Shown one piece after another: positions 18,323-29,330 of a stretch of DNA of 64,000 bases; within the stretch, counting starts at the first letter, position 1; every line of letters starts with the position of its first letter. This DNA is from Terriglobales bacterium (lineage in GTDB: Bacteria; Acidobacteriota; Terriglobia; Terriglobales; Acidobacteriaceae): NCBI GenBank assembly GCA_035937135.1, contig DASYVL010000055.1, forward strand, positions 507-64,506. Reading direction: 5' to 3'. The notes under the pieces were generated by a model. The model saw only the letters and a list, made by a program, of their open reading frames with translations, ran no database searches and had not been told where the DNA came from. The position numbers were made by a program, and so were the translations under genes.

Positions 18323-18442
18323 ATGACCGCCGCCGCCGGCCAACTCGCCAAGATCCTGCTGATTGAGGGCAACCTTTCCTTCGCCAAGGGGCTGGGAGAG
18401 GGACTCAAGCAGGAAGGCTTTGAGGGTCGAACTCGAGGCTGA
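18323..18442 (+). pseudogene. 39-codon remnant resembling the N-terminus of a response-regulator receiver domain
   Basis: MTAAAGQLAKILLIEGNLSFAKGLGEGLKQEGFEGRTRG* starts 1 nt after the MCP stop. It ends 12 nt before the uvrB stop on the other strand. KILLIEG...L..L...GFE mimics beta1-alpha1-beta2 of a receiver. Confidence 0.4.
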
Positions 18443-18454
18443 GCGTGAGTGCGG

Positions 18455-20446
<1,992 letters not shown>

Positions 20447-20462
20447 GTAACCGGACACCCAC

Positions 20463-20496
20463 CACAGAGGCACAGAGACACAGAGGTCTCACAGAG
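20463..20496. repeat. Tandem octamer repeat CACAGAGG-CACAGAGA-CACAGAGG-TCTCACAGAG (dispersed family, copy A)
   Basis: Read directly from the sequence. Related copies lie at 23638-23702 and 26693-26726, with a GC-shifted variant at 38615-38641. Confidence 0.7.
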
Positions 20497-20525
20497 CCGA
20501 AAACCGGAGGGTGAGTATCTCTTGA

Positions 20526-21995
20526 TTATACGGGCTGGACTGCGGCAGCTTGGGCGGCGGGCGCGGCTTCCCAGAGGCCGGTAGTGAGGTAGTTGTGGAT
20601 GGAGGCGGCCGCCTTGCGGCCGGCGCCCATGGCGAGGATCACCGTCGCGGCGCCGGTGACGATGTCGCCGCCGGCGAAGACGCCCTGGCGCGAGGTGCGC
20701 AGCGTCGCCGGGTTGGCTTCGATGTAATTCCGCTTGTTGGTCTTCAAGCCGGGCGTGGTGGCCTGCACCAGCGGGTTGGCGCTGGTCCCGATGGCGACGA
20801 TCACGACACTGGCGGGAATCTCAAACTCCGAGCCGGGGATGGGGATGGGGGGGCGGCGTCCGGACGAGTCGGGCTCGCCCAGCTCCATGCGGATGGCGCG
20901 CACGGCCTGGACGCGCTCCTCGCCCAGGTAGGCGACCGGGTTGGTGAGCGTGACGATCTGGATGCCCTCATCCTTGGCGTGGTGGATCTCTTCGGCGCGC
21001 CCCGGCATCTCCTTCTCGCTGCGGCGGTAGATGAGGTTCACGCGCTTGGCGCCCAGGCGGAGCGCCGTGCGGGCGGCGTCGAGGGCAGTGTTGCCGCCGC
21101 CGATGACCGCCACCTCCTGCCCCTTGCAGTCATAGACCGGCTGGTCGTACTCGGGAAAGCGGTAGGCGCGCATCAGGTTCACGCGGGTGAGGAACTCGTT
21201 GGCCGAGTACACGCCGTTCAGGTTCTCGCCGGGGACCTTCATGAACTGGGGCGCGCCCGCGCCGGTGGCGATGAAGACGGCGTGGTAGCCCTCTTCGCCG
21301 AAGAGCTCGTCGATGGTGACGGTGCGGCCGACGACCACGTTGGTCTCAAACTCCACCCCCATCTTCCGCAGGTTCTCGATCTCCTGCTTGAGGATGGTGC
21401 GCGGCAGGCGGAACTCGGGGATGCCGTAGGCGAGGACGCCGCCCAAGTCGTGCAGCGCCTCGAAGACACGGACCTCGTGGCCGCGCTGCACCAGGCCGCC
21501 GGCGCAGCTTAGGCCGGCGGGGCCGGAGCCGACGATGGCAACTTTCTTTCCCGTGGCTGGTGCGCGCGGCGGCAGGCCGACCTTCCCGATGCGCTGCTCG
21601 TAATCGGCCACGAAGCGCTCCAGGTGCCCGATGCCGACGGGCAGCATCTTGCGTCCGACCACGCAGCCGCTCTCGCACTGGTCTTCCTGCGGGCAGACGC
21701 GGCCCGTGATGGCGGGCAGGACGTCGTCTTCGCGGATCTTGGCCGCGGCGCCCAAGTAGTCGCCGGCGAGGATGAGGTCGATGAAGTCCTTCACCTTCAC
21801 GCCCACCGGGCAGGAGGTGACGCAGGTGGGCTTCTGGCAGGCCAGGCAGCGCAGCGCCTCGGTGCGCGCCAGATCCGGGTCATAGCCGACGTTCACTTCG
21901 GTGAAGGATTTCGCGCGTTCTTCCGGAGCGCGTTCCGGCATGGGCTGGCGGGGCAGCTTCATCCGCTCCTTGTTGGGCAGGGGATTGTGACTCAT
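20526..21995 (-). CDS. NADPH-dependent glutamate synthase small-subunit homologue (NfnB/SudA-type FAD/NAD(P) oxidoreductase with N-terminal Fe-S motifs)
   Basis: Cys clusters are CLACQKPTCVTSCP and GRVCPQEDQCESGC. Dinucleotide folds are VAIVGSGPAGLSCA and VAVIGGGNTALDAA. The C-terminal VFAGGD is present. Confidence 0.85.
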   Translation of the reverse strand: MSHNPLPNKERMKLPRQPMPERAPEERAKSFTEVNVGYDPDLARTEALRCLACQKPTCVTSCPVGVKVKDFIDLILAGDYLGAAAKIREDDVLPAITGRVCPQEDQCESGCVVGRKMLPVGIGHLERFVADYEQRIGKVGLPPRAPATGKKVAIVGSGPAGLSCAGGLVQRGHEVRVFEALHDLGGVLAYGIPEFRLPRTILKQEIENLRKMGVEFETNVVVGRTVTIDELFGEEGYHAVFIATGAGAPQFMKVPGENLNGVYSANEFLTRVNLMRAYRFPEYDQPVYDCKGQEVAVIGGGNTALDAARTALRLGAKRVNLIYRRSEKEMPGRAEEIHHAKDEGIQIVTLTNPVAYLGEERVQAVRAIRMELGEPDSSGRRPPIPIPGSEFEIPASVVIVAIGTSANPLVQATTPGLKTNKRNYIEANPATLRTSRQGVFAGGDIVTGAATVILAMGAGRKAAASIHNYLTTGLWEAAPAAQAAAVQPV

Positions 21996-22909
21996 CGCGC
22001 TATGCTCCGAAGCCGGGCCGGGATGAACTCCAGGTCGCCGCCGCCCAGTTGCCCGGCGGCGCGCATGAGTTCCAGATCGGCGAGCGGGTTGTCCTGGAAG
22101 TCCGCCATGGAGCTGACTTCCAACTCGCGGTACTGGCGGTTGCGGCGGGCGAGCAGGTCAAAATCCACTTTGTGCGCGTCGAACTCAGGGCCGTCCACGC
22201 AGGCAAACTGGCTGCCGTCATCCACGCCCACGCGGCAGCCGCCGCACATCCCGGTGCCGTCCACCATGATGGAGTTCAGGCTGACCATGGTGGGGATGGC
22301 CGGGCCGCGCGTGACGTTCGCCACTGCCTTCATCATGGGGACGGGGCCGATGGCCAGGACGTAGTCCACCTTGCGGCCCGCGGCGAGCATTTGCTTGAGC
22401 GGGTCGGTGACCAGCCCCTTCTGGCCGCAGGAGCCGTCGTCGGTCATGACCAGCAGCTCGTCGCTCGCGGCGCGGACCTCGTCTTCCAGGATGAGCAGCT
22501 CGCGGTTGCGCGCACCCAGGATGAAGATGACGTGGTTGCCGGCCTGCTTCAGCGCCTTGGGGGTGGGGTAGGCGATGGCCGTTCCCACGCCGCCTCCGAT
22601 GACTACTGCCGTGCCGTAATTCGCAATCTCCGAGGGCTTGCCCAGGGGGCCGACCACATCTAGCAGGCAATCGCCGGCGCGCAGCAGGTTGATCAGCGAG
22701 GTGGTCTTGCCTACCGCCTGCACGATGACGGTGATGCGCCCCTGCTCCCGGTCGGCGGCGGCGATGGTCAGCGGAATGCGCTCGCCGCGCTCGTGCACCC
22801 GCACGATGACGAACTGCCCGGGCTGAGTCCGCCGCGCGATGCGCGGAGCGAAGAGGGTGAACTGCCTGATCTCCGGCGCCAGCAGCTTCGCTTCCACGAT
22901 GAGAAACAT
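21992..22909 (-). CDS. Sulfide/dihydroorotate dehydrogenase-like FAD/NAD-binding subunit (NfnA/SudB-type)
   Basis: The FNR-like fold shows GQFVIVRV...ERIPLTI and GGGVGTA. The C-terminal cluster motif is GTGMCGGCRV...FACVDGPEF. There is a 4-nt overlap with the downstream partner. Confidence 0.85.
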   Translation of the reverse strand: MFLIVEAKLLAPEIRQFTLFAPRIARRTQPGQFVIVRVHERGERIPLTIAAADREQGRITVIVQAVGKTTSLINLLRAGDCLLDVVGPLGKPSEIANYGTAVVIGGGVGTAIAYPTPKALKQAGNHVIFILGARNRELLILEDEVRAASDELLVMTDDGSCGQKGLVTDPLKQMLAAGRKVDYVLAIGPVPMMKAVANVTRGPAIPTMVSLNSIMVDGTGMCGGCRVGVDDGSQFACVDGPEFDAHKVDFDLLARRNRQYRELEVSSMADFQDNPLADLELMRAAGQLGGGDLEFIPARLRSIAR

Positions 22910-23004
22910 CGTTCCTCCCGCTCCATTTGATTCTGATGGAGGGCGATGCGGGCGGCTGTGACGGGGGTCACAGGGCGATGTTCATGGGTATGCGCCGAAG
23001 GTGC

Positions 23005-23622
23005 CTACTTCCAACTATGTCCTGTCAATTCAGCACGATAGAGGCGCTGGTCCGCGGGGCTTAGGCGGCGTGCCATCCACGGCTTCAGCAGGCGCGTGTG
23101 GGGGATGTCGCAGAGATATTCGGCGATGAACCAGACGTCCTTTTCGGTGGTCATCCAGTTCCGTTTGTCGAAGCGGGCGAGGTGGACCGGACGGGAGTAG
23201 GTGCGCAGGCTGCGCTGGCGGCGCAGGTTGAAGTAGGTGTCGAAATAGCTGATGGCCAGCTCGCGCAGGGTGCGGTGGACGGGCTCGCGCCCGCGGCATC
23301 CGGCGAAGTTGGACTTGGCCACCGAACCCCAGTGTCCGTTGACCTTGTAGAGGGCCACCACGTGATCGGTGTCGAGGTGCGCCTCGAAGTCGAGGAGGAG
23401 CGGCGGGTAGCCCAGGGCGCGCAAGGCCGCTGCGGCGAAGATCGAGCCCTCCAGGCAGTGCGCCGTTTCTTCCTCAAGGACGCGTCGCGGCGACCACGAA
23501 GTCCCCGCCAGGTGGTAGGGCATGGAGTCGAGGAAGCGCTGCACGCCGGCGGGCGTCTTGAGCGCGCGCAGCTTGCGCAACTCGCGCGGGGTGAACTCGT
23601 CCAGGGCGCGGTGGGATGACAT
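23005..23622 (-). CDS. Hypothetical protein, possibly with a transglutaminase/papain-like Cys-His fold
   Basis: Codon usage looks coding. [14 protein letters not shown] (Cys) and [16 protein letters not shown] (His) are spaced as in transglutaminase-like folds. This is inference only. Confidence 0.55.
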   Translation of the reverse strand: MSSHRALDEFTPRELRKLRALKTPAGVQRFLDSMPYHLAGTSWSPRRVLEEETAHCLEGSIFAAAALRALGYPPLLLDFEAHLDTDHVVALYKVNGHWGSVAKSNFAGCRGREPVHRTLRELAISYFDTYFNLRRQRSLRTYSRPVHLARFDKRNWMTTEKDVWFIAEYLCDIPHTRLLKPWMARRLSPADQRLYRAELTGHSWK

Positions 23623-23637
23623 GGCGCGTTATTTCAC

Positions 23638-23702
23638 CACGGAGACACAGAGTCACGGAGAAATTCTTGACCTGGCTTGCTCAGTGTCTCCGTGCCTCCG
23701 TG
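23638..23702. repeat. Imperfect inverted pair of the octamer-repeat family (copy B)
   Basis: CACGGAGACACAGAGTCACGGAG (23638-23660) and CTCAGTGTCTCCGTGCCTCCGTG (23680-23702) match 19/23 as complements. A 19-nt spacer separates them. Confidence 0.65.
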
Positions 23703-24403
23703 ATGAGCCCAAAAAGCTCAGCCAACTCGGCGGGCGAATCCACCAGCACATCCGGCGGGGCGGATTCCAGCGTATGCGGCGCGAACCCATAGCTGACGCC
23801 GCAGGTCCACAGGCCCGCGTTGCGGCCGGTGAGCACGTCAATGTCAGAGTCACCGATGATCATGGCCTCTTCGGGCTCGACTCCCGCCTCCTCCAACAGG
23901 GTGCGCGCGCCCAGCGGGTCGGGCTTCTTGGTGGGGAAGCTGTTGCCGCCGTAGACCTGGACGAAGAACTCCGCCAGGCCCAGCGCCTGCACGATAGCGC
24001 GCGAGGGATGCACGGGCTTGTTGGAAAGTACGGCAAAGGTGCGCTCCAGCGCCCGTCCGCCGTTGCGCGAGAAGCGGATGGCGGTGAGCGACTCTTTCAC
24101 CCCGTCATAGACCGTGGTGTGGTCCAGTTTGTGCTCGCGGTAGTAGGCGAGGAAGAAGGCGAGGGCGTCGTTCATCAGCCGGGTGTCGTCGGGATCTCCC
24201 AGCGCCAGGCGCACCAGCATGGGCGCGCCGTCGCCGATGTAGCTGGCGATGACGTCGCAGGGCAGCTCCGGGCGCTCAAAGTGCCGCAGCATGGCGTTGA
24301 CCGAGTTGGCCAGGTCGAGGCGCGAGTCCACCAGCGTGCCGTCCAGATCGAAGATCAGCAGGCGGATGTGCTCAGCCGGGATTTTGCGGTTGGTCCGAAG
24401 CAT
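23681..24403 (-). CDS. HAD-superfamily hydrolase, phosphoglycolate phosphatase-like
   Basis: Motif I is [13 protein letters not shown], motif II is AVLSNKP, and motif III/IV is KKPDP...[17 protein letters not shown]. Confidence 0.8.
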   Translation of the reverse strand: MLRTNRKIPAEHIRLLIFDLDGTLVDSRLDLANSVNAMLRHFERPELPCDVIASYIGDGAPMLVRLALGDPDDTRLMNDALAFFLAYYREHKLDHTTVYDGVKESLTAIRFSRNGGRALERTFAVLSNKPVHPSRAIVQALGLAEFFVQVYGGNSFPTKKPDPLGARTLLEEAGVEPEEAMIIGDSDIDVLTGRNAGLWTCGVSYGFAPHTLESAPPDVLVDSPAELAELFGLITEARRH

Positions 24404-24484
24404 GGCCTTCGACTTCAGTATATCCGCCGGCGCAAAGCCGATTTACAATACGCAGAGCCTGAACCCTCGCACAGAGGATCCTGG

Positions 24485-26680
24485 ATGGCCACAACCAAGT
24501 CCGCACCTGGCAAGACAGCGGCGGTAGAAGAGCGTCCCAAGGCGGAGAAGACCTACCAGGGCCTGACGCGCAAGCAGACGGTCGAGATCTACCGCCTGAT
24601 GTTCCTCTCGCGGCGGATCGACGACCGCGAGATCCTGCTCAAGCGCCAGCAGAAGATTTTCTTCCAGATCTCGGGCGCGGGACACGAAGCGCTGCTGGTA
24701 GCCGCCGCCTTCGCACTGAAGCCGGGCTACGACTGGTTCTATCCCTACTACCGCGACCGCGCGCTCTGCCTGACGCTGGGCATGACGCCCTACGACATGC
24801 TGCTGCAGGCGCTGGGAGCGGCCGACGATCCCAGCTCGGGCGGCCGCCAGATGCCCTCGCACTGGAGCTCCCCGAAGCTGAACATCGTGACCCAGTCCTC
24901 GCCCACGGGGACGCAGTTCCTCCAGGCCGTGGGCTGCGCCGAGGCCGGGCGCTACTTCACCGGCCGCCCCGAGGCGGCGAAAAAGGCCGCCAGCGACTAC
25001 CGCCAGTTCAAGGACGTCACCTTCCACGGCGACGAAGTCGTTTATTGCTCGGCGGGCGATGGCACAACCAGCGAAGGCGAGTTCTGGGAGGCCATCAACA
25101 CCGCCTCCATCCGCAAGCTGCCCGTGCTCTTCCTGATCGAAGACAACGAGTACGCCATCTCCGTGCCGGTGGAGGCGCAGACGGCGGGCGGGAACATCTC
25201 CAAGCTGCTGGCGAACTTTCCCAACTTCCATTTGGCCGAGTGCGACGGCACCGACCCGGTCGCCAGCTATGCGGCGCTGACCCAGGCAGTGGCGCACTGC
25301 CGCGCCGGCAACGGCCCGGCGCTGGTGCACGGCCACGTCATCCGGCCGTACTCGCATTCGCTTTCCGACGATGAGCGGCTCTACCGTCCCGAATCCGAGC
25401 GCCAGAAGGACGCGGCGCGCGACCCTATCGCGCGCATGCAGATGCTGCTCATCCGCGAGAATATCCTGGACGAGAAGGCGATCGACAAGTTGGAGAAGGA
25501 GGTGGACGAGGAGGTCCAGGCGGCCACCGATCGCGCGCTGGAAGCCGCGCCTCCGGCGAAGGAGAGCATCCTGCTGCAAGTCTATTCGCCCAACCTGGAC
25601 CCGGCGTCGGCGGCCTTCGACGCGTCGCCCATCGCTGCCGCCGAAAAGGGCGAGAAGACCATGGCCGGCCTCATCAACGCCTGCCTGAAGGACGAGATGC
25701 GGCGCGATGAGCGAATCGTCGTTTTTGGCGAGGACGTGGCCGACTGCACTCGCGAGCAGTACCTGCAGCAGAAGCTCATCAAGGGCAAGGGCGGAGTCTT
25801 CAAGATCACCGCTGGGTTGCAGATGGAGTTCGGCTCGGAGCGCGTCTTCAACTCGCCGCTGGCCGAGGCCAATATCGTCGGGCGCGCCGTCGGCATGGCG
25901 ACCCGCGGGATGAAGCCGGTGGTCGAGATCCAGTTCTTCGACTACATCTGGCCGGCCATGCAGCAACTGCGCAACGAGCTGCCGCTCATCCGCTGGCGAT
26001 CGAACGGAGGCTTCTGCTGTCCCGTGGTGGTGCGGGTGGCCATCGGCGGATACCTCACCGGCGGCGCCATCTATCACTCGCAGTGCGGCGAGGTCCTATT
26101 CACGCACACCCCGGGCGTGCGCGTGGTTTTCCCCTCGAATGCGCTGGACGCCAACGGCCTGCTGCGCACCGCCATCCGCTGCGACGACCCGGTGCTGTTC
26201 CTCGAGCACAAGCGGCTCTACCGCGAGTTCTTCGGCCGCGCACCTTATCCCGGCGCCGACCATATGATCCCCTTCGGCAAGGCGCGCGTCTGGAAAGAGG
26301 GAACCGACTTGAGCGTGATCACCTATGGCGCGGTGGTGCCGCGGGCGCTGCAGGCTGCGCAGAAGCTGGAGCGCGAGCAGGGAATCTCGGTCGAGTTGGT
26401 GGACCTGCGCACGCTCAGTCCCTACGACTGGGAAGCGGTGGCGAATTCCGTGCGCAAGACCAGCCGCGTGATTGTCGCGCACGAGGACACCCTGAGCTGG
26501 GGTTACGGCGCAGAGATTGCGGCGCGCATCGCCGACGAACTCTTCGAGGACCTCGATGCCCCGGTCAAGCGCGTGGCCGCCATGGACACCTTCGTCGCCT
26601 ACCAGCCGCTGCTCGAGGACGAGATCCTGCCCCAGGCCGAGCGCCTCTACCACGCCATGCTGGAGCTGGCGCGGTTCTAG
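24485..26680 (+). CDS. Fused 2-oxoacid (branched-chain/pyruvate-type) dehydrogenase E1 component, alpha and beta subunits in one polypeptide
   Basis: This is the last 731 codons of ORF 23522..26680. The alpha part is [14 protein letters not shown]...[15 protein letters not shown] (TPP motif). The beta part starts at [28 protein letters not shown] set the start at ATG 24485. Confidence 0.85.
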   Translation: MATTKSAPGKTAAVEERPKAEKTYQGLTRKQTVEIYRLMFLSRRIDDREILLKRQQKIFFQISGAGHEALLVAAAFALKPGYDWFYPYYRDRALCLTLGMTPYDMLLQALGAADDPSSGGRQMPSHWSSPKLNIVTQSSPTGTQFLQAVGCAEAGRYFTGRPEAAKKAASDYRQFKDVTFHGDEVVYCSAGDGTTSEGEFWEAINTASIRKLPVLFLIEDNEYAISVPVEAQTAGGNISKLLANFPNFHLAECDGTDPVASYAALTQAVAHCRAGNGPALVHGHVIRPYSHSLSDDERLYRPESERQKDAARDPIARMQMLLIRENILDEKAIDKLEKEVDEEVQAATDRALEAAPPAKESILLQVYSPNLDPASAAFDASPIAAAEKGEKTMAGLINACLKDEMRRDERIVVFGEDVADCTREQYLQQKLIKGKGGVFKITAGLQMEFGSERVFNSPLAEANIVGRAVGMATRGMKPVVEIQFFDYIWPAMQQLRNELPLIRWRSNGGFCCPVVVRVAIGGYLTGGAIYHSQCGEVLFTHTPGVRVVFPSNALDANGLLRTAIRCDDPVLFLEHKRLYREFFGRAPYPGADHMIPFGKARVWKEGTDLSVITYGAVVPRALQAAQKLEREQGISVELVDLRTLSPYDWEAVANSVRKTSRVIVAHEDTLSWGYGAEIAARIADELFEDLDAPVKRVAAMDTFVAYQPLLEDEILPQAERLYHAMLELARF

Positions 26681-26692
26681 GGAAAGGCCCAC

Positions 26693-26726
26693 CACAGAGA
26701 CACAGAGGCACAGAGGAACACAGAAG
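26693..26726. repeat. Tandem octamer repeat CACAGAGA-CACAGAGG-CACAGAGG-AACACAGAAG (copy C)
   Basis: Read directly from the sequence. It begins 13 nt after the E1 stop codon. Confidence 0.7.
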
Positions 26727-26762
26727 CGAAACCCTTCCTACTTATTCGGGCCCTTCTGCGCG

Positions 26763-27977
26763 TCATGCTTTTCCCTGGAACGGCGGCGTCGCTGTCTTGC
26801 GCGGTGGATTGAAGAAGGGAAGCTTGACCACGGTTGCGGGCACGGTGTTGCGCTCGGCTTCGACCGTCAGCTCCATGGCCAGGCGCGTGCCCAGGGCGGC
26901 GCACGGGGAAGCGACGCTGGCGAGCGCGATCATCTTCTTGAGCACCGGCGACCAGGTGGTGGAGGTGGCCTTGCCCACCTGCCCGCCATCGCGATAGACG
27001 GGCACGTGGATGCGCGAGGCCTGGGCCGGCGCTTGCGGCGCCAGGCCGGCGGCTTCGTAGAGCTTCTCCACCGCGATCCAATCCACTTCCAGGCCCACGA
27101 GTTGACGCGCCGGTCCGCGCTTATTCTCTTCGACGAGCGCCGCCTTGCCGATGAAGTGCTCTTTCTCCAGGTGCACCATCTTCCCCAGTCCGATCTCGTA
27201 GGGCGAAAACTTCTGCGCCTCGATGAGCGCCTTCTTGCTGGAGATGTAGTCCACCTCGATGAGCAGCAGGCCGGCCTCGATGCGGGCCACGTCGAGCGCC
27301 AGCATGCCGGCGGCGTGGACGTCGAACTCGCGCCCGGTCTCCATGATCGCGTCCCAGACGTTGACCGCCTGCTTCCATGGCATCCAGATCTCGTAGCCCA
27401 GGTCGCCGGTGTAACCGGTGCGCGAGATGTCCACGGGCACGCCCGCAATCTTCTGCTGCTGCGCCACGCGGAAGTACTTGAGCTTCTCGATCGCGCCGCC
27501 GGTGAGCTTCTGGAGCAGCCGGCCGGAGGTCGGGCCTTGCAGCGCGAGCGAGGCCACCTGCTCGGAGATGTCGTCGATCTGGACGTCCATTCCCAGGGCG
27601 TTCTGAGTGAACCAGCGCAGGTTGGGGTCGGCGGCGGTCCAGCGGTATGTGTTCTCGGCCAGGCGGGTGAGGGTGCCGTCGTCCACCACCTTGCCGTGCT
27701 CGTCGCACCAGCAGGCGTAGATGACCTGGCCCACGGCGACCTTATTGATGTCGCGGGTGATCACGCGGTTCACCAGGCGGGTGGCGTCGCGGCCGCTGAC
27801 TATGTACTTGTAGAGCGGAGTGATGTCGATGAGCGCGGCGGCGTTGCGGATGGCGTTGTACTCGTGCTCGTGGTGGGGCTCGTAGGCGCTGACCGCGTAG
27901 TAGCCCGCCCACTCGCGATAGTTCAGGCTCTCGCACAGCGCGAGGGTTCGTTCGTGGACGGCGCTTCCGATGGGCAC
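26763..27977 (-). CDS. Aminomethyltransferase (GcvT) family protein
   Basis: HHEHEYNAIRNAAALIDITPLYKYIVSG.DA, LALQGP, ISRTGYTGDLGYEIW and the C-terminal barrel are typical of the glycine-cleavage T-protein fold. The start is GTG 27977, preceded by GGGGAGA. Confidence 0.8.
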   Translation of the reverse strand: MPIGSAVHERTLALCESLNYREWAGYYAVSAYEPHHEHEYNAIRNAAALIDITPLYKYIVSGRDATRLVNRVITRDINKVAVGQVIYACWCDEHGKVVDDGTLTRLAENTYRWTAADPNLRWFTQNALGMDVQIDDISEQVASLALQGPTSGRLLQKLTGGAIEKLKYFRVAQQQKIAGVPVDISRTGYTGDLGYEIWMPWKQAVNVWDAIMETGREFDVHAAGMLALDVARIEAGLLLIEVDYISSKKALIEAQKFSPYEIGLGKMVHLEKEHFIGKAALVEENKRGPARQLVGLEVDWIAVEKLYEAAGLAPQAPAQASRIHVPVYRDGGQVGKATSTTWSPVLKKMIALASVASPCAALGTRLAMELTVEAERNTVPATVVKLPFFNPPRKTATPPFQGKA

Positions 27978-28008
27978 GGCGTTCTCCCCGCAGATGAGTC
28001 GAAGGCGG

Positions 28009-28038
28009 ATTATATCGGCCGGAAGCGGCTGCCGTCAT
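28009..28038 (-). promoter_or_regulatory. Candidate sigma70-type promoter for the GcvT-family gene
   Basis: On the minus strand, ATGACG-N18-TATAAT is present. TATAAT is the complement of 28009-28014 and lies about 32 nt upstream of the GTG start. It is weak at -35. Confidence 0.25.
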
Positions 28039-28105
28039 CCATGCTGGCTGTGAGCCCGAGCCGATGCCCTAGAATGGAGCCCGCACAACACCCGGGAGCG
28101 GACAG

Positions 28106-28801
28106 ATGAAGACCATAGGAATCATTGGCGGGGTCGGGCCGGAGTCGACCATTGACTACTATCGCCGGGTGGTCGCGGGCTACCGCGAGCAGGTGCGAGA
28201 CGGAAGCTATCCCCCGATCCTCATCAACAGCATCGACTTGAACAGGTGCGTGCATCTGATCTCGGCCGGCCAACTTGCTGAGTTGACCGACTATCTGGTC
28301 AGCGAGGTGCATAAGCTCGCTAAAGCGGGCGCGGAGGTCGGGCTGATTGCGGCCAACACCGCGCACATTGTCTTCAAGGAAGTTCGCCGCCAGTCTCCTA
28401 TCCCGCTGGTGAGCATTGTGGAGGCGACCTGCCAGGCGGCCAAAGCGCGAGGGCTGAAGAAACTCGGGCTGCTCGGCACGCGCTTCACCATGCAAGGCCG
28501 GTTCTATCCGGAGGTGTTCACGCCGGGAGGGATCGCGCTGGTGACGCCCCAGCCGGCGGAGCAGGACTATGTTCACGACAAGTACATGGGCGAGCTGGTG
28601 CCGGGGATTTTCCTGCCCGAGACGCGGGAGCGCCTGCTGGCAATCGTGGATGGAATGAAGGAACGGGAAGCCATTCAGGGTGTGATTCTGGCGGGCACGG
28701 AGCTGCCGCTGCTCCTGCGGGACGCCAGCCACAAAGACATCCCGTTTCTGGATACGGCCAAGATCCACGTGGACGCGATCCTGGCCCAGGCTTTGGCTTG
28801 A
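28106..28801 (+). CDS. Aspartate/glutamate racemase family protein
   Basis: IGIIGGVGPESTIDYY, IAANTAH and ILAGTELPLL contain both catalytic-region motifs of the Asp/Glu racemase family. Confidence 0.85.
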   Translation: MKTIGIIGGVGPESTIDYYRRVVAGYREQVRDGSYPPILINSIDLNRCVHLISAGQLAELTDYLVSEVHKLAKAGAEVGLIAANTAHIVFKEVRRQSPIPLVSIVEATCQAAKARGLKKLGLLGTRFTMQGRFYPEVFTPGGIALVTPQPAEQDYVHDKYMGELVPGIFLPETRERLLAIVDGMKEREAIQGVILAGTELPLLLRDASHKDIPFLDTAKIHVDAILAQALA

Positions 28802-28850
28802 AGCGCAGCCCGTCCGAACCTAAAATACTGCGGCTCCCGGAGGCTCAACC

Positions 28851-29300
28851 ATGCGGCGCGTGACCGGGTTCGGAGGGATCTTCTTCCAGGCGCGAGATCC
28901 GAAGAAGCTCTACCGATGGTATGAGCGGCACCTGGGTCTGAAGCGCGACGCGAGCGGGACCTCCGTCTGCTTCTTCTGGCGCGAGGCGCGCGGCCGCGGC
29001 AAGGGGATGACGGTGTGGTCGCTGTTCCCGCACAACACGCGCTACTTCCGGCCGGGCCGCGCCCGCTTCATGCTGAACTATCGGGTGAAGGACCTGGACG
29101 CCCTGCTCAAAGCGTTGCACCGCGAAGGCGTGTGGATCGATCCCAAGCGCGAAGACTATGAGTACGGGCGTTTCGCCTGGATTCAAGACCCGGAGGGCAA
29201 CCGCATCGAGCTGTGGCAGCCGCCGGCGGAGAAGCGCGCCGCACGCCGCCCCAAGCCAGCGAAGAAAAGCAGGCAGACAAGACGCGCGCGCGCCCGATAG
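28851..29300 (+). CDS. VOC (glyoxalase/bleomycin-resistance fold) family protein with a basic C-terminal tail
   Basis: FGGIFFQARDPKKLYRWYERHLGL...FAWIQDPEGNRIELWQP is a VOC beta-alpha-beta-beta-beta pattern. The tail is RAARRPKPAKKSRQTRRARAR. Confidence 0.75.
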   Translation: MRRVTGFGGIFFQARDPKKLYRWYERHLGLKRDASGTSVCFFWREARGRGKGMTVWSLFPHNTRYFRPGRARFMLNYRVKDLDALLKALHREGVWIDPKREDYEYGRFAWIQDPEGNRIELWQPPAEKRAARRPKPAKKSRQTRRARAR

Positions 29301-29330
29301 AATAGCTGGCTCTCGCATCAAATCCCGACC

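Noticed and set aside
20447-20473. The 9-codon N-terminal extension of uvrB (MPLWWVSGY) from the ORF track.
   Set aside because: It is encoded by the complement of the CACAGAGG repeat. UvrB homology starts at MDFKLISDY (ATG 20446).
20447-20525. A LexA/SOS box upstream of uvrB. I also looked upstream of the DinB-family and YdjM-like genes.
   Set aside because: No GTTC-N7-GTTC direct repeat or CTGT-N8-ACAG palindrome is present in these regions. The uvrB upstream region is occupied by the octamer repeat instead.
23522-24484. An N-terminal 321-codon extension of the E1 ORF (track ORF 23522..26680).
   Set aside because: The extension overlaps the HAD phosphatase gene on the other strand and an intergenic repeat, and it has an off-frame composition. 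Homology-like sequence begins at [10 protein letters not shown] (ATG 24485).
24443-26077. A 544-aa minus-strand ORF.
   Set aside because: It is antisense to the fused E1 alpha/beta gene.
27978-28105. A glycine riboswitch upstream of the GcvT-family gene.
   Set aside because: The 128-nt leader region shows no tandem aptamer-like conserved cores that I could recognise. Only a TATAAT-type promoter candidate is present.
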